Assembly (NCBI GenBank): GCA_023334545.1
Contig: JAADVB010000020.1
Location: 1 to 64,000, forward strand
DNA: 64,000 nt
Source of the DNA: Salisapilia sapeloensis CBS 127946
Lineage: Eukaryota > Protista > Oomycota
Reading direction: 5' to 3'
This document shows positions 1 to 11,069 of the stretch, piece by piece. The notes beneath the pieces were generated by a model, which saw only the letters and a list, made by a program, of their open reading frames with translations, was not told where the DNA came from and searched no databases. The first letter of the stretch is position 1. Each line of letters opens with the position of its first letter. A program made the position numbers and the translations under genes.

Positions 1-1663
1 GAGCTGCAGTCGCCGTCGATCGGACGGTGAGCTACGTGATCATGCTGTGGATAGTTCGGGTCGTGCTTTTACACGAGTAGGAAAGATTTGGTAGCTGGAT
101 GACGCGACCGCTTGAGCACGGACCGCAAACAAGAGATAATAGAGTATCGTTTAAAGTAAAGCCATGTTCGCGCAGAGTACCGATTCAACAATATTGGGTA
201 TTCGCATTCGTAGTTCTATTAACGATGATCAAATCGAGCAATTCCGCGCTCACGGAGAATAGTCGATTTGATTTACCAATTGTCATTGAAAACTTAGCGT
301 GACACTTCAATACAACTTTTTCGTCAAACTAGGGCTACAAAGGCACGTCGTCATTGGTGCCAATAGAGATATAGCTTCATATTCTTCGCCTAGCAGACCT
401 CTTACGCCCCATCCTTTATTGAAATTAAGGTTTCCATTGTCATTCTCTTTGTAGCATGAATTGTGTGAAAATTGCAGCACATAAATGACGTTTTCGGAGT
501 GAATTGGGCATGAATGGATATACCCTTTGGCACCATCTACCTTTTCGTCGGTTCCAATCAGGGCGAGTTAAGAGGCACAACACCGATCACAGCTCGCATG
601 TGCTCATTTTTATATTGCATATTTCGCCTCGCATAATCCCCGATTGTCCTCACAACGAACACGCCCTTACTTTATTTCGGTCTATATCTGTCTTGGTCTT
701 TAATGAAATCAGGAGGAAACGATCTTACAGAAGATTTCAAAGCACGGCTGATACTCGAAATGTGCAAATTTGAAAAATGCGCGAAAGACTTCGTGAGATC
801 TTCGCTATTATTTCGGAACAGTCATAGTATAGTGATGAACGGAATAATTGAGCAATATTTGTGACTGGCACTGTACCCGTCCCAATAAAACAGCGAAGAG
901 CTCAATAGCGCAAGTAAATCGAATACAACTTCAACCTGGACTTCCGGCGATCAATCACGATACACTCGACACGATTCCCATGGAAACACGACAGAGGATC
1001 GGACGATGCACATGGATAGCAATAGAAAGCTAGACAACGACGTAAGAGTATGATGAACCACCAAAGATTTTGTTATTGATTCCAAATACAGTGTTGTATG
1101 TTTACTCACATAATGCATATAGCTTCTTCCATAATATCCGATTATCTGCTCAACGAAAACGGCCTTTTGTATTCTTGCATACTTTTGGTTATCCTGTCAG
1201 CTATGCTCTTAAGCACACGGGCAATTTTTTCTAATAAAGTGCCCTGCTTTCCTAGCTCCTTACAATGCGACCATGATATATAGATATTGATGGAAAAATG
1301 GATAGGGAAATTTCCAAACTCTGTTTGGAGAGTCTGGTCAGAAGAGAAACCCTTTGCATGCGCATAAACAGAAACTCGCAGTATACGGCTGGCGAGACCA
1401 AACTTTCAATATGATCGGTTCTAACTGTCCTGACTTCTGCAAATAATGTATCTAGGAACCTGGAGTGTCCGCAAACGAGATATCCCTGGTTATAGTGGAC
1501 CGATCTTTTGGGATCTAGGGCCACTCATGAGTGATAGGAAGGTGTCGAAGGTGGTAATGAAAAGCATTGCCATGGACAGAAATTGGTAGTTTGATTATAT
1601 TTGTTAAAAATGTAGCTACAAGGATACAATTCATAGCATGCATCCGTTGTAAGGATACTTGTA

Positions 1664-2999
1664 TCATGTAGAAGTATCGCTAGTGATGGACAGTAATAAA
1701 GAAGAATCAAAGGCATCTGCGGAGCCCATGGTCGATTCAAAGGAGGCCGAACTACTCGCTGTAAGTCGACTAGGTTGCGTCTTGAGACCACAAACTACGC
1801 TACGCGCTGACATGCTATTCGCTTCAACAATACATTCGAGGCAGAAGGTCGCTTGTTTCTGTACTAACTTTCCTCTGGTCGTCTTGACTGCGATCCTCTT
1901 CTTTACGCTGCACTTCACGCAGATGCTCTGTAATCCTCGTCAGTCAGTACATGCATTCAAATACGATTGAAAAGACAAGTACCTCGCAACAAATCTGACA
2001 GTAGCTCTTGTTCGGGGCGTGACTAGGATTTACGCATTTCATGCACAATTTGCAAGGAAAGGTTTGTTTTCCACTCATCCGTAGCGCTACCTTTCGTTGT
2101 TTCGTTGTATCTAGTGTCGCTCCTTCCATTAGAAACTGCAGCTTCTTCTGCAGCCCACAGCGAATCATGTCGGGAGCCATGAGCAGCGTCTGGGATGTAA
2201 CATGCATCGTGATAGTTTGAACGACTTTCCCTTTCGGATCACTAAATCCAGTAGAGTAGATCTCCAATTTTTGGTGGTCGATCTGCTTCATGAGAAAGCA
2301 GAACGAGAACTCTCCTCGGATGACTCCCGGGAGCGGTTGTACACCGTTCTCGACCGTATGAATGACGTGATATCCGATGCGATCACCAGTATCCGTGTGA
2401 TAGATACCCATGCCTTCCATCGCGATGTAGTCCCGAGGACTCGTCACTGTCATCAAAAGTGGCCGGTTCACGAGAAACCATCGAATGCCAAGATACTGAA
2501 AACAATCTTCTTCTGTCGAAGTGTCCAACACAGCTAGCGTTTGACCAGCATCGAATTTGTCATGGATAAAAAGCTTTCGCATGCGACATTGAAAGCCTTC
2601 GTCGTCGGTTAATGCTCCGAGCAGATAGTCTTCCAGTCGCCCGTCGACCAGACCAGTTGCCATGAGCAACGGTTGAGAATCAGGTTTGACTGCATTCACG
2701 GTCGAGGTCTCATTCTGGGATGTCGAAAAGGCGATGCGATCGTAGATGCCAGGATCAAACGTCGGCCGGGACGGTTCTCGTTGGTCTCCGATCGCTATCT
2801 CCTTGTAGACCGTCACGAGCTCTCGTGTTTTTACCTCTTCCCATTCATTTTTTGGTACCTGCCGGCCTCGTTTGACAAACTTGTCATATACTTCGACGCT
2901 TTCTTTCACAATCGTGTGGCGAAGATTCCTCCATTCTTCTTTACTATCTTCTGTGAGGTGCAGTCTAGCTGGTGGACGGATTGATCGCGTTGACGGCAT
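1664..2999 (-). CDS. START-like domain + FYVE-type zinc finger protein (oomycete-expanded family); spliced
   Basis: 351-aa ORF with START-like segment (YLGIRWF..PRDYIAMEGMG..GYHVIHTV..RGEFSFCFL). A 55-nt GT-AG intron (1928-1982) joins CKLC..YCQICCE to SICVKC..FCLEC in ORF 1664-1918, completing the zinc finger. 3' end uncertain. Confidence 0.8.
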
Positions 3000-3205
3000 G
3001 ACCGATTAGATTCACAATGACGCTACTGAGATCCATCGCAGCACGCGAATCGAGTCGGACGTGAAGTAATATGCAAATTGAAGATCATGTTTATGATTAC
3101 GAACGAATGGGCTTGCAATGTCCGGTTTGTCTGATTACAGCGTATTGCTTTTTCTACTTCCTACATGTACAAACTTCTGTCGTACCGACATGGACGGTGC
3201 AAAGC

Positions 3206-5503
3206 TCAATGGATTTTACCATTCGACACGGTCGTTGGGTCTACTGCCGCTTCATTTCGCAGAAAACCGAACGCTGTTGGGGAGCTTGGCGCCTCCGTTA
3301 CTGGTGCTGCGCCGGGCGTCAAGAACGAGAAAGCTGATTTCGAAAAGTCGACCGGAGATTCCCCGCCGATCGAGTTCTGCGGACTGTACGTCGGCAACGA
3401 GCTCGGGTTGTGTACACGTAAACCGGCGAAGGGGTCTTGGCTTTGTTCATTCTGAACAAAACTGAATGCCGACTTGTCACTATCGACCGACTGACGTTGC
3501 TGCTGCATGAACGCAAAGCCAGAGGACGTCGACTCGTCCAACGCTTCTGAGGACTTGGGTGCATTTGATAAGAAGCTGAAAGCAGACGAAGTCTCAGGTT
3601 CGACGTTCGGTTCCGGTTGTGCCACTGTCGTCTCTCCCTTTGCCGTTCGCTGTATTCTTTTTGTCAGCGCATCCGCACGATGCACGAGCGACGACCGGAA
3701 CTGCTTCACTTCATCAACGTTCGGTGGCGGGTTCGGACCGATGATAATCGCATCGATACCTTGTGTCTGAATGCGTTCGACGGTACCATGCATCTGCGCC
3801 AACGTATTCCGGCGGTCGACTACCGGCAAATTCAACTGCTCTCGTCGGATTAGATCGCTCAGCTCGGTCTCAATCTTGTCCAATTCATCGTCATACTCTT
3901 GCAACTTGGCCATATGAACACTACTATCCTCCTGGTTCCCATCAGGAACTTCTGGTGGAGGAGGTACATACGGCATAGCTAGTGTCGAAGGATTGGCAAC
4001 GCGTCCGTTGTTCATGAGCTTTTTAAAGCGTAGTTGCTTTGGTTCAGCCACGAATTGTTGTAAGATCGGACCAACTTCATCCAGTCCCTTGTCCTCCGTC
4101 GACACGTGATTTACCGACAGGAGTGCACAGCCAGGTCCGATAGCTGGATGCATGGCCAAGTACCCGCTCTCTCCTGTCGGCAACGGGACAAATCGTTCAA
4201 CCACGACCATATCCTTGATCGTACGATCGAACACAACACCCATGGGACCAGGAGGGATCTCTGCTTCTAACAGAACTTCCCGCAATGGTCCAGTGATCGC
4301 TCCATTCGACTCGGGGTAGCTAGCCATGGAGTCAGAAGCACCGTTCAGATGACTGTATGCATCCCATGGATATTCCGACTGATCTGAAATGCTCATGCCT
4401 TCAAAAGCGTCATGGATCGGATCTACTTCCTCTACTTGCTTCTCACTCGTCCTATTCTCTTCATGGCCAGTGATCGTAAGTGTTGCCGGTGGAAGAGTAT
4501 CGAATACATCTACTGGTCGAGGCGGGGATGCGTTCACGGGGATGAGGTCAAACGTGGGTGGGCCGGAAGTTGGTGGCATAGGAGCTGCATTCGAAATGAA
4601 CGCTGTGTTGTGCGCTCCTGCACTCATTTGTTGCTGCTTGATCGTTTCCTCTAGCTTATTAAAATTGTTTGGAGGAGATAGAGGTGGCGATGGCGCTTTG
4701 CTGAGGAAGTCGAAACCGGATCCAGACATGGGCGGAGGATCATTGAAGCCAACAGCTGCAGGACCTTGCGAACCGAAAACAGGACTAGAGCCGGGCGTTG
4801 GATTGAGATCGCCAAGAGATAGCATGTCAGGCATATCGTCGCTCGAACCTGTTTCGACTGGAGCTTGAGATGATTCGGGTAGAAGAGGTTCATCTCGCTC
4901 GCTTTCGTGATGTTCTTGTGGATGCGACGGCGTGGACTGGGAAGGCGGAGGTGCATGCATGTTGAGTTGATTGTATACCTATATAGATAGACTCGTGAGA
5001 CTAAATGAAGGATCGTAGTGACACAAGTAGAATACCTTTTTAGCTCGTGCACTTAATACGCTTTTTGACGAGTAGCACAGCGGTTCGACAAAATGCAATT
5101 GGGAAGCAAAGAAATCTGTGTAGAGAGAAGCGTGGGGGCTTCGAAGGATGAAATCTAGCACAGCCACAGCCTTGCCTTGTACTTGCCACAACGAGTGTGC
5201 CAATTTCTCTGTCAACAATTCGCACATGTACTAGAATCATACGAGTCATTATCGTCGCAAAATTACTTTATATCAGTGAATAAGTACCTCATGATCAAGA
5301 GATGAGAGGTATTGCTTCAGTTTGTTCATAGCATCGCGTGGCGGGAAGGAGGATGAACCCGCAGAGGTGCATAGCTCACCAATTAACGCTGCTTCCATGT
5401 CAGTATGACGGTGACTTGTGGCCGTCGGTGGTCGGAATCCTTGCTTCCATTTCTGTGCTTGACTCTCATATGAGTTCGATGTGTACATGCGTTGCTGGAA
5501 CAT
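3206..5503 (-). CDS. Multi-exon protein: tepsin-like VHS/ENTH helical domain + PDZ-like domain + BAG-like helical bundle
   Basis: ORFs 5273-5764, 4979-5227 and 3206-4960 appear to be exons of one gene (AAG|GTATTC..TATAG|GTATAC gives RAKK-VYNQL; the first junction was not fully resolved). EAALIGELCTSAG..PPRDAMNKL..LDHEVLCELLTEKL..WQVQGKAVAVLDFI resembles the second domain of tepsin. IPPGPMGVVF..GCALLSVNHVS is PDZ-like. Start inferred at MFQQRMY (5503). Confidence 0.7.
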
Positions 5504-5798
5504 TGTGGCGGACGCAGCGACGGCGCTTTGCCTGTCCAAATGAGTTTGAGTGTTGAATTGAGACTTTGAGCTCGTCCTCGTCTCGACCTTCCGTCCTATT
5601 GGCCAAACTGGCTCTATCTCGAACGTAATCCAAGCTGTTAAAGGTATCTTGCAGCCATTATCGTTCGAGTTTAACGGTTTCTGCGCTAAGGCAATCGACG
5701 TACCTGCATGAATGGCCGTAGTAAACATGAAGTAACATTGCATGTCACCAAGATTAGTCTTCATTGTTCCATCTCAGACAGCCATTATTATCTATTAG

Positions 5799-8700
5799 TT
5801 ACTCGTCTCCATCACTACCTTCACCTTGAAAGAAAGACTCTTCGCTCACTCGATCGACGTCGCCAAAGGTGCTGGGTGCAGAGAATAGGGTCTCTTTGCC
5901 AGACATATTGGACACTCCAGACAGAGTTTGTTTCCGATGGAACCTTGTCGTAGTATCTGCTCTAGCTTGTCTTGTCGCCAGCACTTTTTGAAAGTGAATG
6001 CGATGCTTCCGTCGATCGTCAGAATCTCGTATTGTATCATCACCGACAGCGAAGAGCTGATGGACATCCTGCAGTGTCTGGAGGATACTCAGTCGATGCT
6101 TGATCTGCGCCACTTTCGGTTGGGAAAGAGATGCGCTCTGTAGACTCCAGACGACATGTCCTTGAGCTACTTGACAAGTTGACAGGAACTGGAATTTGAT
6201 GCTGAAGAAGGGAGAGTCAAGATACTCTTCTTGCATTCCACTGTTTTGATCGTCCGCGTCTGTCGACTCTCCATCATCCAGAGAGTCTTGGACCTTGCTC
6301 AGGAGCTGATTTAACTGTCCACGAAACGTCAGACGTTGGGTCTCGTATACATACTTTGCAAAAGCACCCGTCTGGAAACGAACGCGTGGCGTAGCTTGAC
6401 CACTTTCTAACCCAATTGAAAATGGTTCAAGGACTTGTCCAGGTTCCAGACTGGAGAGGTCGGACGGTAGCTCCAAGAGCATTTTCAAAGAAGGCTCTCG
6501 GATACTAATACGCAGTCGATCCGATGGAAGTGCATCTTCACAATCCGGTTCTTCTTCATCACTATCAGAATGCATTTGCAAGCTCTCTTTTAGAAATTTG
6601 GACCAGACTAAAGCTCCATTTTCCTGTGTCAAAGCAGATAGAAACGCTGTCGTAGCGTCTGCTGTGTCGCTAGTAGACTGCAACGTCGATGAGGAAGTTA
6701 ATGGAATGGGAAATGATCCTCGACATGGTCCTTTCACCAGCACATCAGACGCTTCCAGGAAGAGTGGACTTTGATATCCGGAAGGCATACTGCCTCGACA
6801 AACGGCCGTCAATTTTTCTAAATTGAGCTTAATGAATTCAAGTAACATGGTAATTCCTTCAAAATGACGATCGATTTTCGACTCGAGAGATTCATCATCC
6901 AATGTATCCTCCATCCTTGTATCTCCAGATACAGAGGACTCTGCACTTTGACGTATGAGGCGTTGGAGGAGAGACTGAGCAGCATCCTTTACGGCGTGTA
7001 TATCCAACTTGATTGTCACATCCCGAAAGGAGACGCATAAGTTGACAGGGTATTCTTTCATGTCCAGTAACTTTTGGAAGAAAAGATCAAACGTTGATGT
7101 ATCATCTTGATCTCCAGCGAGTAGTTGGAAAGACCTACGCCATACTTCCTGCACAAACCGATACATGTGCGGTACGAGTCGATAGCGATCAAAGTAATTG
7201 ATCATATTGCGTATTGTTACGTCCACCGGGTCGTAAAAGCCAAACGTCTTCTTCTGATGTGTCTCAATGCACTTAAAGATCCTACACACAACGTCCGCTT
7301 CTTCTTCCGATAACGCCAGTAAATCCTGTGCTTTCGTGTACATGTCTTTCGCGTGTGAATTCTCTTTCTTTGTACTTTTGGTAGGTGTACCATCGAGCTT
7401 GGTATCATATATCGAAAGGTGCTGGCCTTCGAGCTGGATGCTACCAGTTACAGCACACTGCGCTCCTCGGTCTTTTAATAAAAGACCAAGCTCATCGACC
7501 AGGACACTTTGGACTGCGTACTGGACAATGGGTGGAAGCAGTTTGTTCAATAAGATCTTCATCATCGTGTCATTGTCATTCGTATGTCGAGAACTATTAA
7601 ACCGACGCTCGTAATACCGTAGACTCGTGAACTCTACGTTTAAATCGTCGCCCAGAACCGTCCATCCTGTGACAGCATCAAAGACGACAGGAACATCGGC
7701 AATCAAGCGAGACTCGATATTAATTTCATCACTTTCAAAACTCGGCAACGGACCTTCCGTAGCGACTTTGACATGATTCGCACGTAGTCTCAGACCACGG
7801 TCGGATTGTGTGTTCAATTGCAACATCAAGTGTGGACTGGCCGACTTGGTTTCCAGTGTAAAGGTCGCATCTAGCCTTTGCAGATAGAGATCACCGACAC
7901 CAATATAGATGCCATGACTACCAAATCGTAAGCTGTAATTCTCAAAGAATGGAAGGTAGAAATCTCGTTTAGACGTATCGATCGTAGCTTGCATCTGTTC
8001 CAAAAGAGGTCGGAGTTCTAAATACTCCTCTTGCTCTTTTTCATCCGTCATATTTATCTTGTCCAATTTGCTTTGGATCATGTCACGTTGTTGACTTAGC
8101 ATGTCAATACGTCTCCAACTCGAAACTTTCTCGTTACTCCACTTCTGACTTGCATCTTTTCGATACTTTTCCATATACACCTGCGCTTGATTAAGTAGCG
8201 ATGACAAGTTCTGGAAGGTAGGTGGAATATCTGAATCGTCACTAAATACATTTTCCACAAGCTGTAGAGATTCGAGCGGAGGAACATCCACATCTTGTCG
8301 TAAGTCAATGTATGCTTTGACAATCATAGCTGCTTCATCCACATCATACATGTCCAGTAGAAAGGTAGTAGACAATGTCAGCACACGCTTCCAGTCCTCG
8401 ATATTGTACTCTTGCAGACGATTGCGTGCTGGTAACTCTTGCCGGAAAGTTAATATGACTGGTAACTCCAAGCTTCCTAGTACATTAGATACTCCTTCAA
8501 TCGAAGTAGGCATACTCTCTGTGTCGTTATTGATGCAGACAAGCTTATCTCCTGGACGCACTCTGCCACTCGTGTCAATTATACCTCCTGGAGTACAATT
8601 TTCAACTATAATCTCTTGCTTGTCATTCGGATTATACCCGAGTATCATGCCAAATGGCCGTTCATCACATATGACAGTCTCCAAGACTATCTTCGGCATA

Positions 8701-8891
8701 AGTGGTGGTAATTTCTCGGGAATAGCCTTGGATTCCTGTGTCATTGTGGATGTAGACACGAACGCCTCGTCCTCGCTCTCTTCATCCTCTTCCGAGTCAG
8801 ATAGATCCCCTACATAATTGGAAGGCAGGTCATACACAGATGCAGCTCGTCCACTGCGGAATGCCTCTCGGGAGTCCGTAGTGGGATTCAT
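5799..8891 (-). CDS. 1030-aa single-exon protein with N-terminal PDZ domain and uncharacterised, possibly TULIP/BPI-like, middle region
   Basis: Long uninterrupted ORF; ERPFGMILG..IIVENCTPGG..SGRVRPGDKLVCINN is a classical PDZ signature. Confidence 0.8.
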   Translation of the reverse strand: MNPTTDSREAFRSGRAASVYDLPSNYVGDLSDSEEDEESEDEAFVSTSTMTQESKAIPEKLPPLMPKIVLETVICDERPFGMILGYNPNDKQEIIVENCTPGGIIDTSGRVRPGDKLVCINNDTESMPTSIEGVSNVLGSLELPVILTFRQELPARNRLQEYNIEDWKRVLTLSTTFLLDMYDVDEAAMIVKAYIDLRQDVDVPPLESLQLVENVFSDDSDIPPTFQNLSSLLNQAQVYMEKYRKDASQKWSNEKVSSWRRIDMLSQQRDMIQSKLDKINMTDEKEQEEYLELRPLLEQMQATIDTSKRDFYLPFFENYSLRFGSHGIYIGVGDLYLQRLDATFTLETKSASPHLMLQLNTQSDRGLRLRANHVKVATEGPLPSFESDEINIESRLIADVPVVFDAVTGWTVLGDDLNVEFTSLRYYERRFNSSRHTNDNDTMMKILLNKLLPPIVQYAVQSVLVDELGLLLKDRGAQCAVTGSIQLEGQHLSIYDTKLDGTPTKSTKKENSHAKDMYTKAQDLLALSEEEADVVCRIFKCIETHQKKTFGFYDPVDVTIRNMINYFDRYRLVPHMYRFVQEVWRRSFQLLAGDQDDTSTFDLFFQKLLDMKEYPVNLCVSFRDVTIKLDIHAVKDAAQSLLQRLIRQSAESSVSGDTRMEDTLDDESLESKIDRHFEGITMLLEFIKLNLEKLTAVCRGSMPSGYQSPLFLEASDVLVKGPCRGSFPIPLTSSSTLQSTSDTADATTAFLSALTQENGALVWSKFLKESLQMHSDSDEEEPDCEDALPSDRLRISIREPSLKMLLELPSDLSSLEPGQVLEPFSIGLESGQATPRVRFQTGAFAKYVYETQRLTFRGQLNQLLSKVQDSLDDGESTDADDQNSGMQEEYLDSPFFSIKFQFLSTCQVAQGHVVWSLQSASLSQPKVAQIKHRLSILQTLQDVHQLFAVGDDTIRDSDDRRKHRIHFQKVLATRQARADTTTRFHRKQTLSGVSNMSGKETLFSAPSTFGDVDRVSEESFFQGEGSDGDE

Positions 8892-9436
8892 GGCTTTTTC
8901 ATACTGGGATCATATCAAGCCTTGACGCCGGTCGTCCCTACGTACTCCATGGCATAGCTGTGCAACTCGGCAAAGTGCGATTCGTACCCAGGTTGAATAG
9001 CGGTAAAGATATCCTAGCTAGGACGTATGCTACGCTTAAACTCGGATTTGCATTCTTTCCACATGACTTCCATCAGACCAGACAACGAAAGTGTAGGAAC
9101 CAGTACCAAGAGAACGTCTTTGCATGTGACAACCGACCAAACACCGCGGTCCAAGATCTTGCAAGTATCTCACGTCTCTAAAGCTAGGTACCCATAATCA
9201 TATATGACTTGACTATAGAACTGTATTGAATCCTAATTTAGAGAGTACTAGTGAATATCTGATACGGATCGCTACCTAGTAATCTAGATGACTCTATTGA
9301 ATCGAAGACATCTCTCTCCTGGATTTACCTGCAGTCTGCTCAGCAAAGATAAGTCCGCATTGGATCTGATACGAGTCTAGCTAAAGTGAGACGGAACCAT
9401 TTTTCACCGATACGAAATTACGTTCTGCCACCGAAT

Positions 9437-10950
9437 ATGAAGACGTACCTGCTACTTGTGCTCCGTGGACTAGAGCATATTGCGGAACTTGAAATATACG
9501 AAAAGCTCAAGGTAGTCTATCCTCATAAAGATTGCCTTGTCATTGTATCAATATTTCATAGCATGCTGTTATAAATGTTGTACTCAATGGTGTCAATTGA
9601 TACAATGGAACTGTAGGTCCAGTCGCTCCAGAGACGCAGCATTGGCGAAGAGCAATGTGGAAAAGGTATCAACTTTATGCAAGGTGAAGCTGGAGTCGGT
9701 AGGCTCTTGCTCAAGACGACGTCAAAACCTCAACAAGTCATGGAGCTGCAATCCGTTCAGGTATTCTACCACATGCATTCGTCGACTTTCGAGCTACACA
9801 CTGTATCTCTTACATCTTCCATAGGCAGTGCTTGCCTACTTGTGCGAAAGCGACGATATCGATACCGAGACATCCCACGGCATACAGCAAATCGGAGTAT
9901 GTTGTTAAGCATCCATGTCAAAATGAATTACATCGTCTTATCCACATACAATAGGAGGAGATGGAACAAGCAGACTGGGAGGGTGCTTTTCAAGTCTGGC
10001 GGTCGCATTTTGAACACCCGATCACATTTCAACCTAGCTTTCGTGGTTCGTGCATTCGGGACGGTAAACACGCTTACAAGTCTGTCGACATTGCAGGCGA
10101 GATCGGCGCCGTGATCGTCGATAAGTTTGGTTGGAAAGTCCGCTTGGATACGTTTGACTTGGAAATCGTCGCTCTCGTTTTCTACAACACAATGATAGCC
10201 GGCATTTCTCTCCTCGACCCAGCGAAATCACAATTTCGTAGTCGCTTGGCGAATGAATATCGAGCTTTTCTATCCGACTCCACGTATATCTCAACACTTC
10301 GACCAAGTACGACGTACATCATGTATCGATTGGCAGAATGCCAAGACGGTGATATTATTGCTGACACCATGTGCGGTGTCGGATCCATCCCAATTTGTTG
10401 TGCTGCATTTACTAACAATAATGTGTTTGCTTTGGGGGGAGAGTTGAATACAGATCCGGTGGCAAAAGCCGGTGAAAACGTTCAATCGGGAAAATATAGC
10501 GTTGGTGTATGTCAATGGGACAGTACTCGACTTCCAGTTCGAAGTAACTCGATCGACAAAGTTCTGATCGATATGCCATTCGGAGTGCGATGTGGAAACC
10601 ACAAAATGAATAACAAGGTACATTTGACCATCACTTGTAGTATGTCGATGCTCATGAAGTTCATGGCATAGATGTATCCGCAAATCATCAAAGAGCTTTC
10701 GCGTGTACTCCGACACGGTGGTCGTGCAGGTTTGTCCTATTGCATCAAATGAGCACAAGTATCTATATTGACTTACTTGATTACGTCTATAGTCCTACTC
10801 GTGTTGTCTAAGAAACTTTTCATGAACTCAATTCGATTCAGCAAGACGATGCGTTTACTTCAGAGCCATCAAGTGAATATCGGCGGTTTGGCAAGCTTCA
10901 TTTACGTCGTGGAGAAGAACAGCGTGATTGAAAATGAGAAAAGTTCATAG
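9437..10950 (+). CDS. THUMP-domain tRNA guanine-N2 methyltransferase (THUMPD3/Trm14-like), multi-exon
   Basis: Spliced ORFs MKTYLLLVLRGLEHIA.., THUMP-like FQPSFRGSCIRDGKHAYKSVDIAGEIG, SAM motif DTMCGVGSIP and motif IV DMPFG; last exon ends at 10950. Confidence 0.85.
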
Positions 10951-11069
10951 AGGTTACGAAGCAAGTACTTTTAAACAAATCATTCGATCAACTTTTTTGC
11001 TTTCGTACAGTAGTGCTTCCCAATTGTAGACATGATGGTCATGCACAAGTATACACAAGTGAATGTAGA

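Noticed and set aside
5504-5764. In-frame N-terminal extension of the tepsin-like gene up to 5764
   Set aside because: It would start only about 35 bp from the upstream gene's stop, and it contains CCAAT and Inr-like words, so it is more likely promoter or UTR; ATG 5503 is preferred.
9270-9385. Short inverted match CTAGATGACTC / GAGTCTAG in the divergent spacer
   Set aside because: Too short and imperfect to support a MITE or ncRNA.
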